Positions 1 through 11,903 of a DNA stretch of 64,000 bases are shown here, in pieces (the stretch's first letter is position 1; each line of letters starts with the position of its first letter). The translations under genes and the position numbers were made by a program. Origin of the DNA: Podarcis erhardii (lineage: Eukaryota); NCBI GenBank assembly GCA_964252035.1, contig OZ176201.1. One strand, written 5' to 3'. The notes under the pieces are model-generated. The model did not search any database and was not told the origin of the DNA. It saw only the letters and a program-made list of their open reading frames with translations.

Positions 1-783
1 TTAAGAACCAGCCACGAAGCCGAGACTCTCGGCAATAGTGATGGGAGGATGAGGCCGAGCAGTGGCGGCTTTGCCAATCAAACACCTCGCCTGGTTTACC
101 TCAGCATGGGGGTGTCTCTGCCAATCAAACTCCGTGCATGCTTTACCTCAGCGAGGCACGGGGATGACTCTGCCAATCAAACGCTGTGCCGCACTGAGGT
201 AAACCAGGCGCAACATTTGATTGGCAAAGACGTCCCCGCGCTGTGCTGAGGTAAACCAGGCACGGCGTTTCATTGGCGGAGCTGCCACTGCTTGGCCTCT
301 TCCTCCCGCCTCCCCCGCCCTAGTGCTCCTGTGGCTGTTGCTGCTCTGCGTCCCCATGAGGAGGGTGGCAGCAGCGTTCCTGGAGGAGGACAGCTGGCCT
401 GGGCTAGGACTCGGCAGGGCTGCCGCCGCCACATTCCCATTGGCGGCCAACATGACGGTGGAGGATGATGAGGCTGGTGATGAAGTGGCCCAGGTAGCGG
501 CCTTCACCTCCAGGGAGCAGGAAGGTGAAGGGGCGGAAACACCCGTCTGGGGCTGCAGCTGCAAGTGAGGCACCAGCTCGTCCTTGCCTCAGTCTCCGTG
601 CTCCTTGAAGAGGATCATTGGACAGTGCGTGCCGCTCTCAGTCAGCTCCCGCAGGCTCCCGGCTTCTGAGGTGCCCAGCTCCCATGAGTGCACCGACCCA
701 CTCTCTAAAACTTCCCATTGGCCCCCGACAGTGTCTGAGGGACAGTGAACCAGTCCCCTGTTTAAAAAGTTTGAAGACCCCTG
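1..783. mobile_element. One terminus of a non-autonomous hAT (Charlie-like) DNA transposon; the other end is presumably upstream of the window
   Basis: Reverse complement of 765-783 is CAGGGGTCTTCAAACTTTT, a typical hAT/Charlie TIR. It is preceded by a GC-rich, repeat-containing interior. No partner TIR or TSD is visible, so the extent to position 1 is inferred. Confidence 0.55.
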
Positions 784-1350
784 TGCTTAATCAACATATG
801 CACCTAATATGTCTAATTCCCATTTTTTTCAAATTAAACAATATCAGCTTTCCAACTGCACTCTCCACTCAAATCCACTTTTTGCGTCCAAGGTTGGTGG
901 ATACTGATAGATTCCAGCTCCCATCAGCCCTGCCAGCATGGCCAAAGGTGAGGGAAAATGAGAGGAGGAGTGCAACAGCATGTGAAGGGCTTGCCCAGCC
1001 CTGGCACAGGCAGTTCTGGATGAATCACAACTGCACAGCCCTTCACAAGTGCTAATATATATTAGCTAATATATCTTCATTTCTTTTTAGGTTAAAAGGC
1101 TGAGGCTATCTCCAGAAAGCTCTGAAGGCAAAAGGTTTGGTGGGAGGAGTTGCTTCTTCTTTCACTTCCCAATACATTGTGCGTTGCATTTTGGATTCAC
1201 TGTGGACACAATTGTGTCATTAAAGAACTGGCTTCCATGGATTTTGATTGCACGGCCTGATCCTGGGAATGCTGCAGACATTGCTACATCTTTGTGTGCT
1301 GTGCCAACTGGGGGCGTTTTTGTGTTGAGTCATAATAAGGATCACCACTG

Positions 1351-1353
<3 letters not shown>

Positions 1354-1386
<33 letters not shown>

Positions 1387-1390
1387 CGTG
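1354..1390. repeat. (GT)n microsatellite grading into (GCGT)n
   Basis: Directly visible. Confidence 0.95.
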
Positions 1391-3084
1391 TCAGTGGGAG
1401 GGTTAGTTTAACATCACAAAAGCCTATATACGAGAACATGGCATCCCAGGAAAATATTGGGAGAGAGGGAAATCTGTGGTCATGCTCACTGTGTACAAAG
1501 CAGGCTTTGTTCCTCTTTCAATGACAATGTTTCTTGAGTTGGAGGACAATCCTACGCTATAAATGTAAGCTGGTTTCAAACCTGATCAATGCTTATCACT
1601 GTCTTCTGGAAAGCTAGTAACTGTAGTTCGTCAATAGGCTAGGGATTTCTAACAAAGAGCATTTGACAAAACGATGGTCCTCAGAGGTGCTTGATTTGAA
1701 GGATGCATAACACTCAAAACTGTTTACTAGTTTTGATTTGTAGTGAAAATGCCATGGTTGTAACTGGATGATGAGCTGGTGTAATTTTACATTTTTGGTT
1801 GTGAACACAATTAAAAAAAAATGGGGAAGGGAACTCTAGTGTGTGTGCGTGTGTGTGCGTGTGTATAAAATTCACTTATTTTGGAAAGTTTATAAACTGC
1901 CAAACATTACATAAAAAAACGATAAAGCAACAGAAATGCAACAGATAAAAATAGACAAAACATTTCTCAAAAACGAAATCAGATACTGTCTGTGAGTCAA
2001 CCCATTCTTCTGGGAAAGCCTGTAAAAATAAGAAATAAAGTGCAGAATAAAGGCTTTAAGCTTCCATTGTGCTCCACAATTTCTGGTCCATGCTGAGCTC
2101 TAGAGAGCAAAATGAAGTTCACTACTTCTGCCTACTGGTTTTCTGAACTGGCCCTGGGTGAGGTAATGTGGGATGTTTTGCTTATAGGGAAATGTGAGAT
2201 GCAAGAAAACATGCCACTCTTTGATACAGGCTCTAACATAGGAAATGATACCCTGGTAAAGTTTGCTTTATCTGTAAATAAAATCAAAGCTACGCTGGTG
2301 CTGAAAGGGCCTTCATTACCTCAAACGGCTATTCTAGTTAGTATGGAACTAATCAGTGTTTTCCTCAAATGGTGAGCACTGTTGTGACTTTGCATAATGA
2401 TGTCTGGGCCAGTGCTCTGTAATTTTAGTGGCAGCAAAGCAGGATGAGTTCTACCACACCTCAGTCTTTTCCTTGTGTCAACTTGGATGGTTTAAAGATA
2501 ACCTGTGTTTGCTTCCAATGTGTGTCATCTGTTTCTTTGACAAGTCTGCATATATAAAATACACAGAACAATAACTTTCAGTTTCTTTTCATGTGTTTCC
2601 AGCCATTTGATTAGCACTTTGTCAATCACTTTTGAATGTATCTCTGCAGTGATGGAACTTACTGTTGCTTCTGTGGCTTCCATAACCCATATGTCAATAT
2701 ATAAGGCTAAAGGGGGTAGAATGTTTGCTTCCCACCACTTTAATTCTATATTTTTACTAAATAAATGTTGTGCCATTGGTAGGAGCAGAATGGGCCTTTT
2801 GCTATCCAGGAAATGAGTGTCAGTTGTCAGCTTGAGGAGAAACAAAGGATCCATTGAAATACTTTGATGGGTCGAAAGAGGTTAAGTATTAGATATGAGG
2901 TGTCTGAAGATTTTTTATTAGTTCATTCTGACCCAGCATTTCAAAAGAACTCCCTGTTTAATTAAATGATCGCCCACCTTGTGACAGTCAAGGTGTTCTT
3001 GGGAGGACAATGTTGGCATTGTTGCTGTTGTGCTGATTGTGTAGCTGGATTGGCTGTCGTACGGAAGCCTCCCTTTCTCTAAGA

Positions 3085-3560
3085 CTGAGCAGGTCTTCAA
3101 ACTGGCTGTGTACATGGGACTTCTTAAAAGAATGAGAAAACATGCCTCCTATCGCAAGGGGCTTACAATTTAAAATTCAAGAGATGGGGGACAAAAGAAG
3201 GGAAAAGAAGTAAACAGGGGAAGAAGATGCTTTTTTTCATCTCCTTTGACTCAGTAGAGTAGTGGGTATGGAGTCTAGAGGTGAGTTACTCCAAAGGCTT
3301 CAATGAAAAGATGGCATTTAAAGGAAATAACAGAGGTAGCGTCATGCAGTTGTTCCAGGAGACAGCTCCAAGCATAAGGGGAAGCAAGGAAGACAGAGTA
3401 GAGTTTTTTGAGGAACCTAGAGACCTTCAGATGCTTGAGGGTGGCAGTACTGGAGATGTACTGGCTCTCACCAGAGGTTGCAGTACTCAAAGACTGCTTT
3501 AATGCATAGATTACTATGGTACATAGAGGTCTCCATGGCTCTCAGGACAGAAGGAGGGAT
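3085..3560 (-). mobile_element. Degenerate L2 LINE 3' fragment
   Basis: 'catgcctcctatcgcaaggggcttacaatt' resembles the L2 3' motif (ccctgccctcaaggagcttaca) as recalled. Highly diverged; boundaries approximate. Confidence 0.4.
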
Positions 3561-4306
3561 GGTCATGGCTAGGAATGTACTGGGATTTAAGAGTGGAGTG
3601 ATTATTTAGCTGTGATTCCTGTAGGGAGTTGGACTCGATGGCCCTTTGGGTCCTTCCAACTCTACAACTGTGACTGGCCTATCCCAAAGTCATCACTCTC
3701 TGCCCTTCCAACTTCATGGATATGGGTGGGGGAATTTGGAAACAAGTGTCCTCAGTCCTACTCTGACATTCACCATACCGCCTCACACAAAAGGTGCGCA
3801 GTCACAAATTATACCGAGAGTTTAGCTTCCTTTACACACTATACCTAGCTTGGTTGGTTTTAAAAATAGAATTAAAAATAGAATTTGCACACATTCACAG
3901 AAGAGAAGAGATCTTGTTGCCAGGAAAACTCAGCCACAAATTGGGATAACCAGGCAAGTGGGAACCTTAGCCTTGCAGAGGTAATAAAAGCCTCTGCTAT
4001 TCTTTTCATTGCTGGAAAGGATGAGGGATAGGGGGAAAGCACTCTATTTAATGTAAATCTGTTACATAACAACAAACCCATTTGTTTGCCTAGCCATTGT
4101 CAAGCTCAGTTATACTGGGTGAAGATTTAGAATACTGTGATTTCTATTTTATCAAAAACTAGCAAAATGCCCTTCTTCATGACGGCTGGTGAGCTTATAC
4201 CAAGGAAACACAAACAGAAGGGAAGCTGTGTTGCTGCCCTTGCCTCCTACTGCCTGGCCCCATCCCCTTGACATCCATGCATGGAGAATGAGACAAACCT
4301 TTAGAT

Positions 4307-4442
4307 CAGGCATAGGCAAACTCGGCCCTCCAGATGTTTTGGGACTACAACTTCCATCATCCCTGACCACTGGTCCTGTTAGCTAGGGATGATGGGAGTT
4401 GTAGTCCCAAAACATCTGGAGGGCTGAGTTTGCCTATGCCTG
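4307..4442. mobile_element. 136-bp palindromic hAT MITE
   Basis: ~60-bp near-perfect inverted arms starting CAGGCATAGGCAAACTC. Perfect 8-bp TSD CTTTAGAT at 4299-4306 and 4443-4450. Confidence 0.95.
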
Positions 4443-4482
4443 CTTTAGATCTTAACACTTAGCATCCCATCAGTACCAAATA

Positions 4483-4741
4483 CTGTATTTTTTGCTCTAT
4501 AAGACTCACTTTTTCCCTCCTAAAAAGTAAGGGGAAATGTGTGTGCGTCTTATGGAGCAAATGCAGGCTGTGCAGCTATCCCAGAAGCCAGAACAGCAAG
4601 AGGGATCGCTGCTTTCGCTGCGCAGTGATCCCTCTTGCTGTTCTGGCTTCTGGGATTCAGAATATTTTTTTCCTTGTTTTTCTCCTCCAAAAACTAGGTG
4701 CGTCTTGTGGTCTGGTGCGTCTTATAGAGCAAAAAATACGG
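4483..4741. mobile_element. Tc1/mariner (pogo/Tigger-like) MITE
   Basis: TIRs CTGTATTTTTTGCTCTATAAGAC / GTCTTATAGAGCAAAAAATACGG with TA on both sides (4481-4482, 4742-4743). Internal 33-bp inverted repeat at 4580-4654. Confidence 0.85.
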
Positions 4742-4851
4742 TAGCTCTCCCTCCAGTGGCCATGCAGGCAGCATAAATGCCTGAAGGGAGGAATTGCACC
4801 CAAAGGGATGATAGTTCCACATCAAGTGAAAGATTATGCACACCCTTCAAT

Positions 4852-5173
4852 CAGGGGCGGAGGAAGGGGGTGCAGTGGGGGCGGACCGCCCTGGGTGTCT
4901 TTGCTGAGGGAGTGACATTTGGTGCGCTGCCCACCCGCGACTCCCAAGCCTACCTCAAGCCATCGGGGGGAAGGGGGGGAGCTGTGCTGCTTTGCCAGTG
5001 GCATTCCCCCTTTGTTTTGACAGCTGAGGGAGGCTTGGGAGTCACGGGCGGTGCGCCGAATGTCCGCCATTGGCGGAAGGGCTTGCACGCCGTTTCATGC
5101 ACCCGAGCAGCTGTCCCACGCTTGGGAGGGCACCCTCTGCACCCTGCACCCCTCGGGAGCACACTCCGTCCTG
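4852..5173. mobile_element. Older GC-rich hAT-like non-autonomous element
   Basis: Imperfect termini CAGGGGCGGAG... / ...CTCCGTCCTG with GGGGTGCA subterminal motifs. Flanks do not form an 8-bp TSD. Confidence 0.45.
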
Positions 5174-6765
5174 GGTTATATGCACCATATGCCCTGCCGC
5201 TGCCTTCAATACTTGTGCTGTATGCCAGGAGGCCAGGAGAGGAGTTGCTGACCAGGAGCAGAATCATCTGATTGGAGCTAACGCCTGTCAACTATGTTGG
5301 CCTGGCATGGGCTAATGAAGCCTGGGGAAAAAAATTGCAGACCTGCCTGTCTGCATTTCTGTTAGCAGGCACTTTTCCTCCTGACCTTCCCTTCTTCCTA
5401 TTCCCACCCCCCACCCCCTTTATTTTTAAAAGCATCCTTTAGTTATCGGACTGCGGCTGCAGAAGTTTGAAATTTTGCAATAAAGGAAGTCTGGAAAACA
5501 AAATGAAACAAGGAAAGCCAGAACTGCAAAAGGGGGATTTATAGTTTCTAGCTATTTATATTGTTAATGACAAAAGAACGGGAGGGAACTATGGCAGGTG
5601 TTTTTGTTTCAAAAGGTGCTTGCTATTATTTAACCGTCACTCAGAGGACATATGTAAAATAAAGCCTTTTTTTTTACTGAAAGCCTGCTAAACCGCCACC
5701 GGCCTGTTTCTCCTGCTCTCCCTCCCTCCCCCATTGCAATTGTGCTGAGTCACATCCTGGTTCTTGTTCCCTTATTTCAGTCTCTGTTTTTTCTCTGTGC
5801 CTCTGAGTTAGTCTTCCTGCCTGCTTTCCTGACTCTCATGTTAAGTTCCACTTCTACAGCTAGCTTAATCAAAATTAAATTAAATTAGAAAGAACTGCCT
5901 GCTCAGATAACACAAAGAAAATGTTGCTGGCTGGATTGGGCTCTCTCCTCTGCCATCCATGTGGTCTGAAGCAGAGAGGAAAAAAGTCACATCCCTGAGG
6001 GCAGAGTGAAGTTTTGGGTTGTGAATTCAACTGGCAAGTCTGAATCACTACTGTATTTCTTTTTTCCAGTTTCAGCCCACTAATTGCCCAAGCCGTGAAT
6101 TCAGGAGCGAAGGAGCCATTTTGTAGAAAAATATGATTCCCTGTTTTAACTATAGCCCAGAGGGCACGCTATAAATATTAACTGGAATACTGCATGTAGA
6201 TGAGAAACTGAATATAGCCTTTCCTTAATAACCACATTTTGATGGGAGGTCATTACTAGCATCATGATGTTTCACTGTTATGTACCCTGTAGAATAATGT
6301 GCATGTATGCTATTAACAGCCAAACTCGGATATGATTGTGGCAAACGCATGTGTTTATATATGGATCTGCCCCAGTCATAGAGGCAGGGGTCCATTTTAA
6401 GAAGAAAAGTGGATTCATGGTTTAGGAGTGCTAAACTCTGCATTTTAACAAAGACTTCACAACAAAGACCGTTGGTTTCCCCCAAAAGAATTCTCCTTAG
6501 CTGAGCCTGGGCTCCAATGCTGGAAGGATGCTTAGCTGGAAAAAAAGCTCTTGAAGAGAGGTGTAAGCTATGAGCAGCAGAAGGGTTCTACACTTCTCAT
6601 CTGCACCCCAATTAAAACCAGTCTCCTCCATTTCCTACATATTTGGGGCAGATACACATTTAAACCTCATATGCTACTATCATGTCTTGCTTGCCTTCTA
6701 AGCAATATGCCTTCTGCTCTAGGAGGCTGCCTTATACTGAGTCATATCTAAGGCTAGGCAGCTCA

Positions 6766-7088
6766 GGACCGCAATACTGCAAGGACCGCCTCTTTCCATA
6801 TGAACCTACCCAGACCCCGAGATCATCTTCTGAGGCCCTTCTTCATGTGTCTCCTTGAGAGGTCTGGAGGGTGGCAACACGAGAACGGGCCTTCTCTGTA
6901 GTGGCTCCCCATCTGTGGAATGCTCTCCCCAGGAAAGTTCACCTGGCGCCTTCATTATACACCTTTAGGCACCAGGCAAAAATGTTACTTTTTAACCAGG
7001 CCTTTGGTTGATCCAATTTACATCCTATGCCCTTTTAAAATGTGTTTTTTTTTGGGGGGGGGAATGTACCCTGGGTATAGAGTGGTAT

Positions 7089-7130
<42 letters not shown>
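6766..7130 (+). mobile_element. L2 LINE 3' end (ORF2 C-terminus, 3'UTR, (AAT)n tail)
   Basis: 6766-7011 translates GPQYCKDRLFPYEPTQTPRSSSEALLHVSP*EVWRVATRERAFSVVAPHLWNALPRKVHLAPSLYTFRHQAKMLLFNQAFG*, the typical L2 'RAFSV.AP.LWN.LP' end with one internal stop. (TAA)13 tail at 7091-7130. Confidence 0.8.
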
Positions 7131-7131
<1 letters not shown>

Positions 7132-7439
7132 TCTGGTTTTCAACATTATGATCTATCACCAGCTAAACATCATGATATACCAGTATTTCACCATGTCTGA
7201 AATAAGGATGGAGCTATGCATAGGCATTGACTGGCTTCACAGTTTTTCCTACATTGTGATTATTGCATAACACTCTCTCTCATGCACATCCTGATTCATG
7301 ATGCATTGCCAGGTCAAAACTTATGAAACCGATATCGCAGCATGGACTTCAAACCGGTTTTGGACTATATATCTATATATCACCCAGCCCTAGTCACATC
7401 ATTGGTCCATCTAGTTTGTGCCGCTGTTTTCCACACTGT

Positions 7440-7530
7440 CTTGCAGAGGTTCTCCATAATTTTCAGGCCTACCTGGACATGTTGAGGCTTGAAGCTGGGA
7501 CCTTCTGCATGCAAAACAGGTGCTCCCCCC
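7440..7530 (-). mobile_element. tRNA-derived SINE (Squam3-like) 5' fragment
   Basis: 'gggaccttctgcatgcaaaacaggtgctc' is the reverse complement of the tRNA-like head seen in the copies at 54235 and 60421. Confidence 0.5.
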
Positions 7531-10500
7531 CCCCCAGGCTACTTTATCTGCCCTTGGTTTCCATTCTTTTTCTCTGTTCACTTCTATTCCTACTTCCATT
7601 TCCAGAAGACCATGCAGAGGTGAGACAGTTCCACAGCAGGGATAGAAGTGGCAGATAAACAAAGAAATGGGAAGATGGAGAACTGGTTGATGGAAAGGCC
7701 AACCTACGTAAATAAGATGTCTGCAGGTCACCTTGACACATACGGCTACAAGTGGGAAAGTGAGAGCCACGTGGAAGCAGCAGGCGATCTGGGGGAAAGC
7801 TTCATGAAGGCAGAAAAGGTAGGAAGGGGATAAGACAGCCCTACAAAAGGAATAGGGAGTAAGCAGAAATGCAAAGCAGGAAACAATAAGCAAGTAGTAA
7901 GTAGCAGCATTCTAGGTGTATCAAGGAAGGTATTTTATACAGGAAAGGAGGTTGCTGCAGACTAGAGCCTGTGAGTGCTTGTTGATGCTTTGCTTTGTTG
8001 GAATTGGCTAGAGGCAGAATTAAAACCTAGGTTTCACATTGCGCTTGATGTAATGCTATATTATCCAGCAATACCTTCCCCCGTGAGCAAAACCTTTCTG
8101 TAATATTTAATGTTTTGCTATGAAAAATTAACAGAAAAACAGAGAACGAGTGAGAACAGAAACTGGGACTGGAACAATTGAGCTGCTTTTAATCCCCTGC
8201 CCCCCACCCCACCCCCCGCTGCCGCTGCCGCTTAATCAGCAAGAAACAACCAAAAGGGCAGGGCTTATAAACAGGAAACTTTTAATTAAAAGCACAGAAA
8301 CCCTGAAAAGCTTCAATAATGTTTTGTCCATCCATGCTGGATGGACTCATGTAATTGGATTCTATTGCTGTTTTTAAAAAATTGAAAAACTGTGAGTGGA
8401 CAACACAGAAAACACAGATTGTAGTACTTTCACAACAGTTCCATCTGATTTCTCCATACATAGTGGGTCATCAAAGGATGGAACATCAAGGGGAAAAGGT
8501 CCGTGTGGCAGCTTCCTTGGTTTGGGATGTACCCAAGCAAAGTCAGTTTCCCTTCTCATAGGCAGTAAATAGCTGAAAACAGAAGCTTGGTTTCAAAATC
8601 TTATGAATGCCTATGAAAAGCTTATCCATAAAAGAATCAATCTTGTAAATGGGTACTTATACTGAAATATAATGGTGACTAATTAAATATTAACTCGGTC
8701 AATGTGGTTAGGCTTTGATACTTCCTACAAGTTGGCACATACTTGTGGCCTAATTATAACTTGACACACACAAAAAGATTAAGCACAAACTACAGGATAT
8801 TTTTTCCTACGGATCCTTTGTAAGCCACAGAGCAACAAAATAAAACAGTTTGCAAAGGACAGAGTGATTTGGATATACAAAAGCTGAGAGGATTGAAATT
8901 GCCACCAGGCCTGAAACAAAATAATGTAGGGTATAAAGGCAGCCCGGAGAGGATATTGTGAAAAAGCACGAGATATTACAATTGTCAGGCACTCCTAGCA
9001 AGACTGAAACAACCTTGCCCCTCTCTCTGGATAACAGGCAGTAGGAGGACATCAGTATGTGTTCTGGATCTCAGATCCAGATGTGGTTCCTGCCTCAGAT
9101 CAGCCACTCCTTTAGGAATGAACAAACACACCAATATGGCTTCCATATAACCTCTCTTCTCTTGGCTGCATCACTACACAAGCCTCTGTTTTTGTACTGG
9201 CTGCAGAATTTAGGCCACGGCTGCTTTCATGTGTGGCAGCACGGAGGCAGGATGCTCTGCAGCAGATGCAGCAGAATCACAGCCTTTGGGCACATGACGC
9301 CTGCAGCATAGAGTAATGGCTCCACAAAACCTTGTGGAACAGCAGCCTTTCCTGGAACAGCATCATATCAGTTCAGTGCCGCTGCTTGGCTCAGGCTGCA
9401 GTGTCTCCTTTCCTGGAAAAGCTGTTCCATTATTAATCAGGGTCCTACCGCTGTCACCAGTGGACAATGGAAGATTTTGCTTCCTTTTATTTACTCCTCT
9501 TATTCAGCAGTTCTCTCTCTCTCTCTCCCCTCTCTTTTTTACAGCTCAGCAGATTCATCAATGCAGAGGCATCAGCTGATAACACAACACGCATGCCACA
9601 GAGAGATAAAAGGGAAACATGGCCTCGCCGCTGTGTGCTGAAATATTGAAGTGAAAATGAGTGCACATTTTACTGCTTTCTTTCCGTTCATTCCATCACA
9701 TCAAGGTTTCCTCTGCTGCTAAAAACAGATTGGGGATTGGCAAGTGGAGCTGCTGCAAAATGCTGTTCCTTAGATTGCCACTGTATTTGCAGGAGGGGAA
9801 TTGGGGGCGGGATTTGCATCAGTTTTCAGGAGTGGCCAATTGTGTGTGTTTTTTTCTCTCTCTGTCTGTGTTTACATTAGGTGTATATGGTGTGGCAAGC
9901 AGTGGCAGGTGGCAGCTTTCTACTTCCCCAGTGTGGTCCAACGTTACAGAGGACAGTCCTTTGTTAGAGGGCTGTCCAGTCCAAGTCTGAGTTAATGACA
10001 AAGAACCCAAAGTAGCGAGACCAGGGGCCTTGGAGTTCTCTGTCAGCAGTTAGCACCTGGGTAGTAGACTGAGAAGGCACACGTTATGTAGTGCCTTCCC
10101 CACTATGGTGGGATGTACTGTATTTCTGTTTGTATTATAGTAAGCACATTTTATGCAAATTGGTGTCCTCTTTTATCCTCTTTGGTAATGCAAATCCTTG
10201 CTTTAGGCAATCCATGACTCACCACCCTAATCTGCCACCCCGGTTCCTTGTCTTGGCAAAGCGTTGGGAAGTGGCAAAGTGATGTATCTTAGCCAGACAG
10301 GAAGAGGAGCAAGAGCTCTTTTGGCTGCCAGCCACCATTTCCCATGCCCAGAAAGCCACTCGACATCAGGCTTAATAGTTGGGACATGGAAACCTCACTC
10401 CCTTGCATCTCCTTAGGTGGCATCCTTGTATCCAAGCAGAACAAAAGCAAATGGCTGAATCGGATGTGATATCAGAAGAACAGCCTTCTGCTACAGAGGC

Positions 10501-11787
10501 CTATGAAGAAGTCAGAGACTCTAGACTTGGGTCAAAAGTGGATGCTTGTGTCCTGGAGCTGTGCATTGTACAGGAGGAGATGAGTGTCATCCAGTAGTGG
10601 CTGGTGCCCATTGGCAGGGAGAAAGGCAGGAAGGCCACCAGTAGGTGGCACTGGAGCAAATGGCAGGTGGAACCAACTGCAGTATTCTAGTTTTGTCACC
10701 ATCACCCTCCCTGTTGTGTTCTAAAAAGGCAACATAGAGACCAAGGAGGAAGTTGAGAGCCAGGGCCACCCTGTGAACTGGTTGTAAGCAAGAAGGAAGG
10801 CAGACATAGGATGCTGGAGGACAAACTGAGGTTTGTGGGGCAGTGGCCCATTCAATAGACCAGCTTTTGCTGCTGCCACCTCCCAATGTCCTCTGTGACC
10901 AGCATGCTCTTATCTATTATATTTATATCCTGCCTTCTCTCCAAGGATCTCAAGCTAGTGCACATGGTCCTTTGAATAATGGAATAGGAATGACTAGATT
11001 CCTTGGAAGAAAGCAAAAGCTTCCCTAGAACAGTGGCAGATCCTTTGCCACGTAGCTGTCACCAGCCAACTGATTCCCAGCCCTATCAAACACGGTTTCT
11101 CCTGCCGTGGACAAATCCGCTTTAGCCTGAACCAGCCAGATAAAAGTCTTCAGGTGGCTCTTGCTGACAGCCTTCAATGGCTGGCCTCCTGAGCCAAGCC
11201 CCACGTGACCAAGGCGCCTAGGCTAGAGTCACGCAAGTGGAAGAATGTGTGTCTTTAAGGGATTTGTTTACTATTCAAATAGTAAAGAGAAACACTTTCC
11301 CCTTAAGCTGTTGCACCACTTGTAAAGTTGGAGGTAAATAGAAGGTTGCCATTACTACTGGGGTCACGGATGCATAGGCTGTTGCAGGACATTAATGGCA
11401 CTCGCATTGTGTCCTGGAAGCGGCAACCCCAGAGTGCTGTCACTTTGCCTTTTTGCAATTAGCAACAAGCAAGTGCAGACGCAACCAGGGCCAATTACAC
11501 CCCAAGTGGTTTCGGAGGTTTGTAGGTAGCAACACCTTTGTTCTGCTTAATGTACTGGCTGTCAAGAAAGAGGAGCAGAAATCCTTCTAGGTTTATGACA
11601 CGAACTTGGCAAAATCGCCTTCTTCTACCACCCTCAATGAAACTGCAGATTTAATAACAAGCAAGCCTGGTTTTCTTTGTCCTGTGATTTCACTCCTTAA
11701 TGGCTTGCACATTCTTAATTTGGCTACTACAAAAATCCATTCAAAAGCACATCCCCACCCCACCCCAAAAAAGAAATATATGGTAGA

Positions 11788-11903
11788 GTGACCCGGAAGT
11801 GTCTCCGGACAGCGCTGGCCCCCGGCCTCTTAAGTGAGATGGGCGCACAACCCTAGAGTCGGACATGACTTGCCCGTACAGGCAGGGGTACCTTTATCTT
11901 TTA
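11788..11903 (+). mobile_element. Sauria SINE (Squam1) 5'-truncated 3' fragment
   Basis: GTGACCCGGAAG...GAGATGGGCGCACAACCCTAGAGTCGGACATGAC...GGGGTACCTTTATCTTTTA matches the recalled Bov-B-related Sauria SINE tail with its (ACCTTT)-type end. Confidence 0.8.

Noticed and set aside
49-1055. ORFs of 115-145 aa at the window start
   Set aside because: They lie in a transposon interior and repeat array, with no homology I can recognise.
2525-2854. 109-aa minus-strand ORF, possibly a retroelement remnant
   Set aside because: No diagnostic motif recognised; cannot be assigned without a search.
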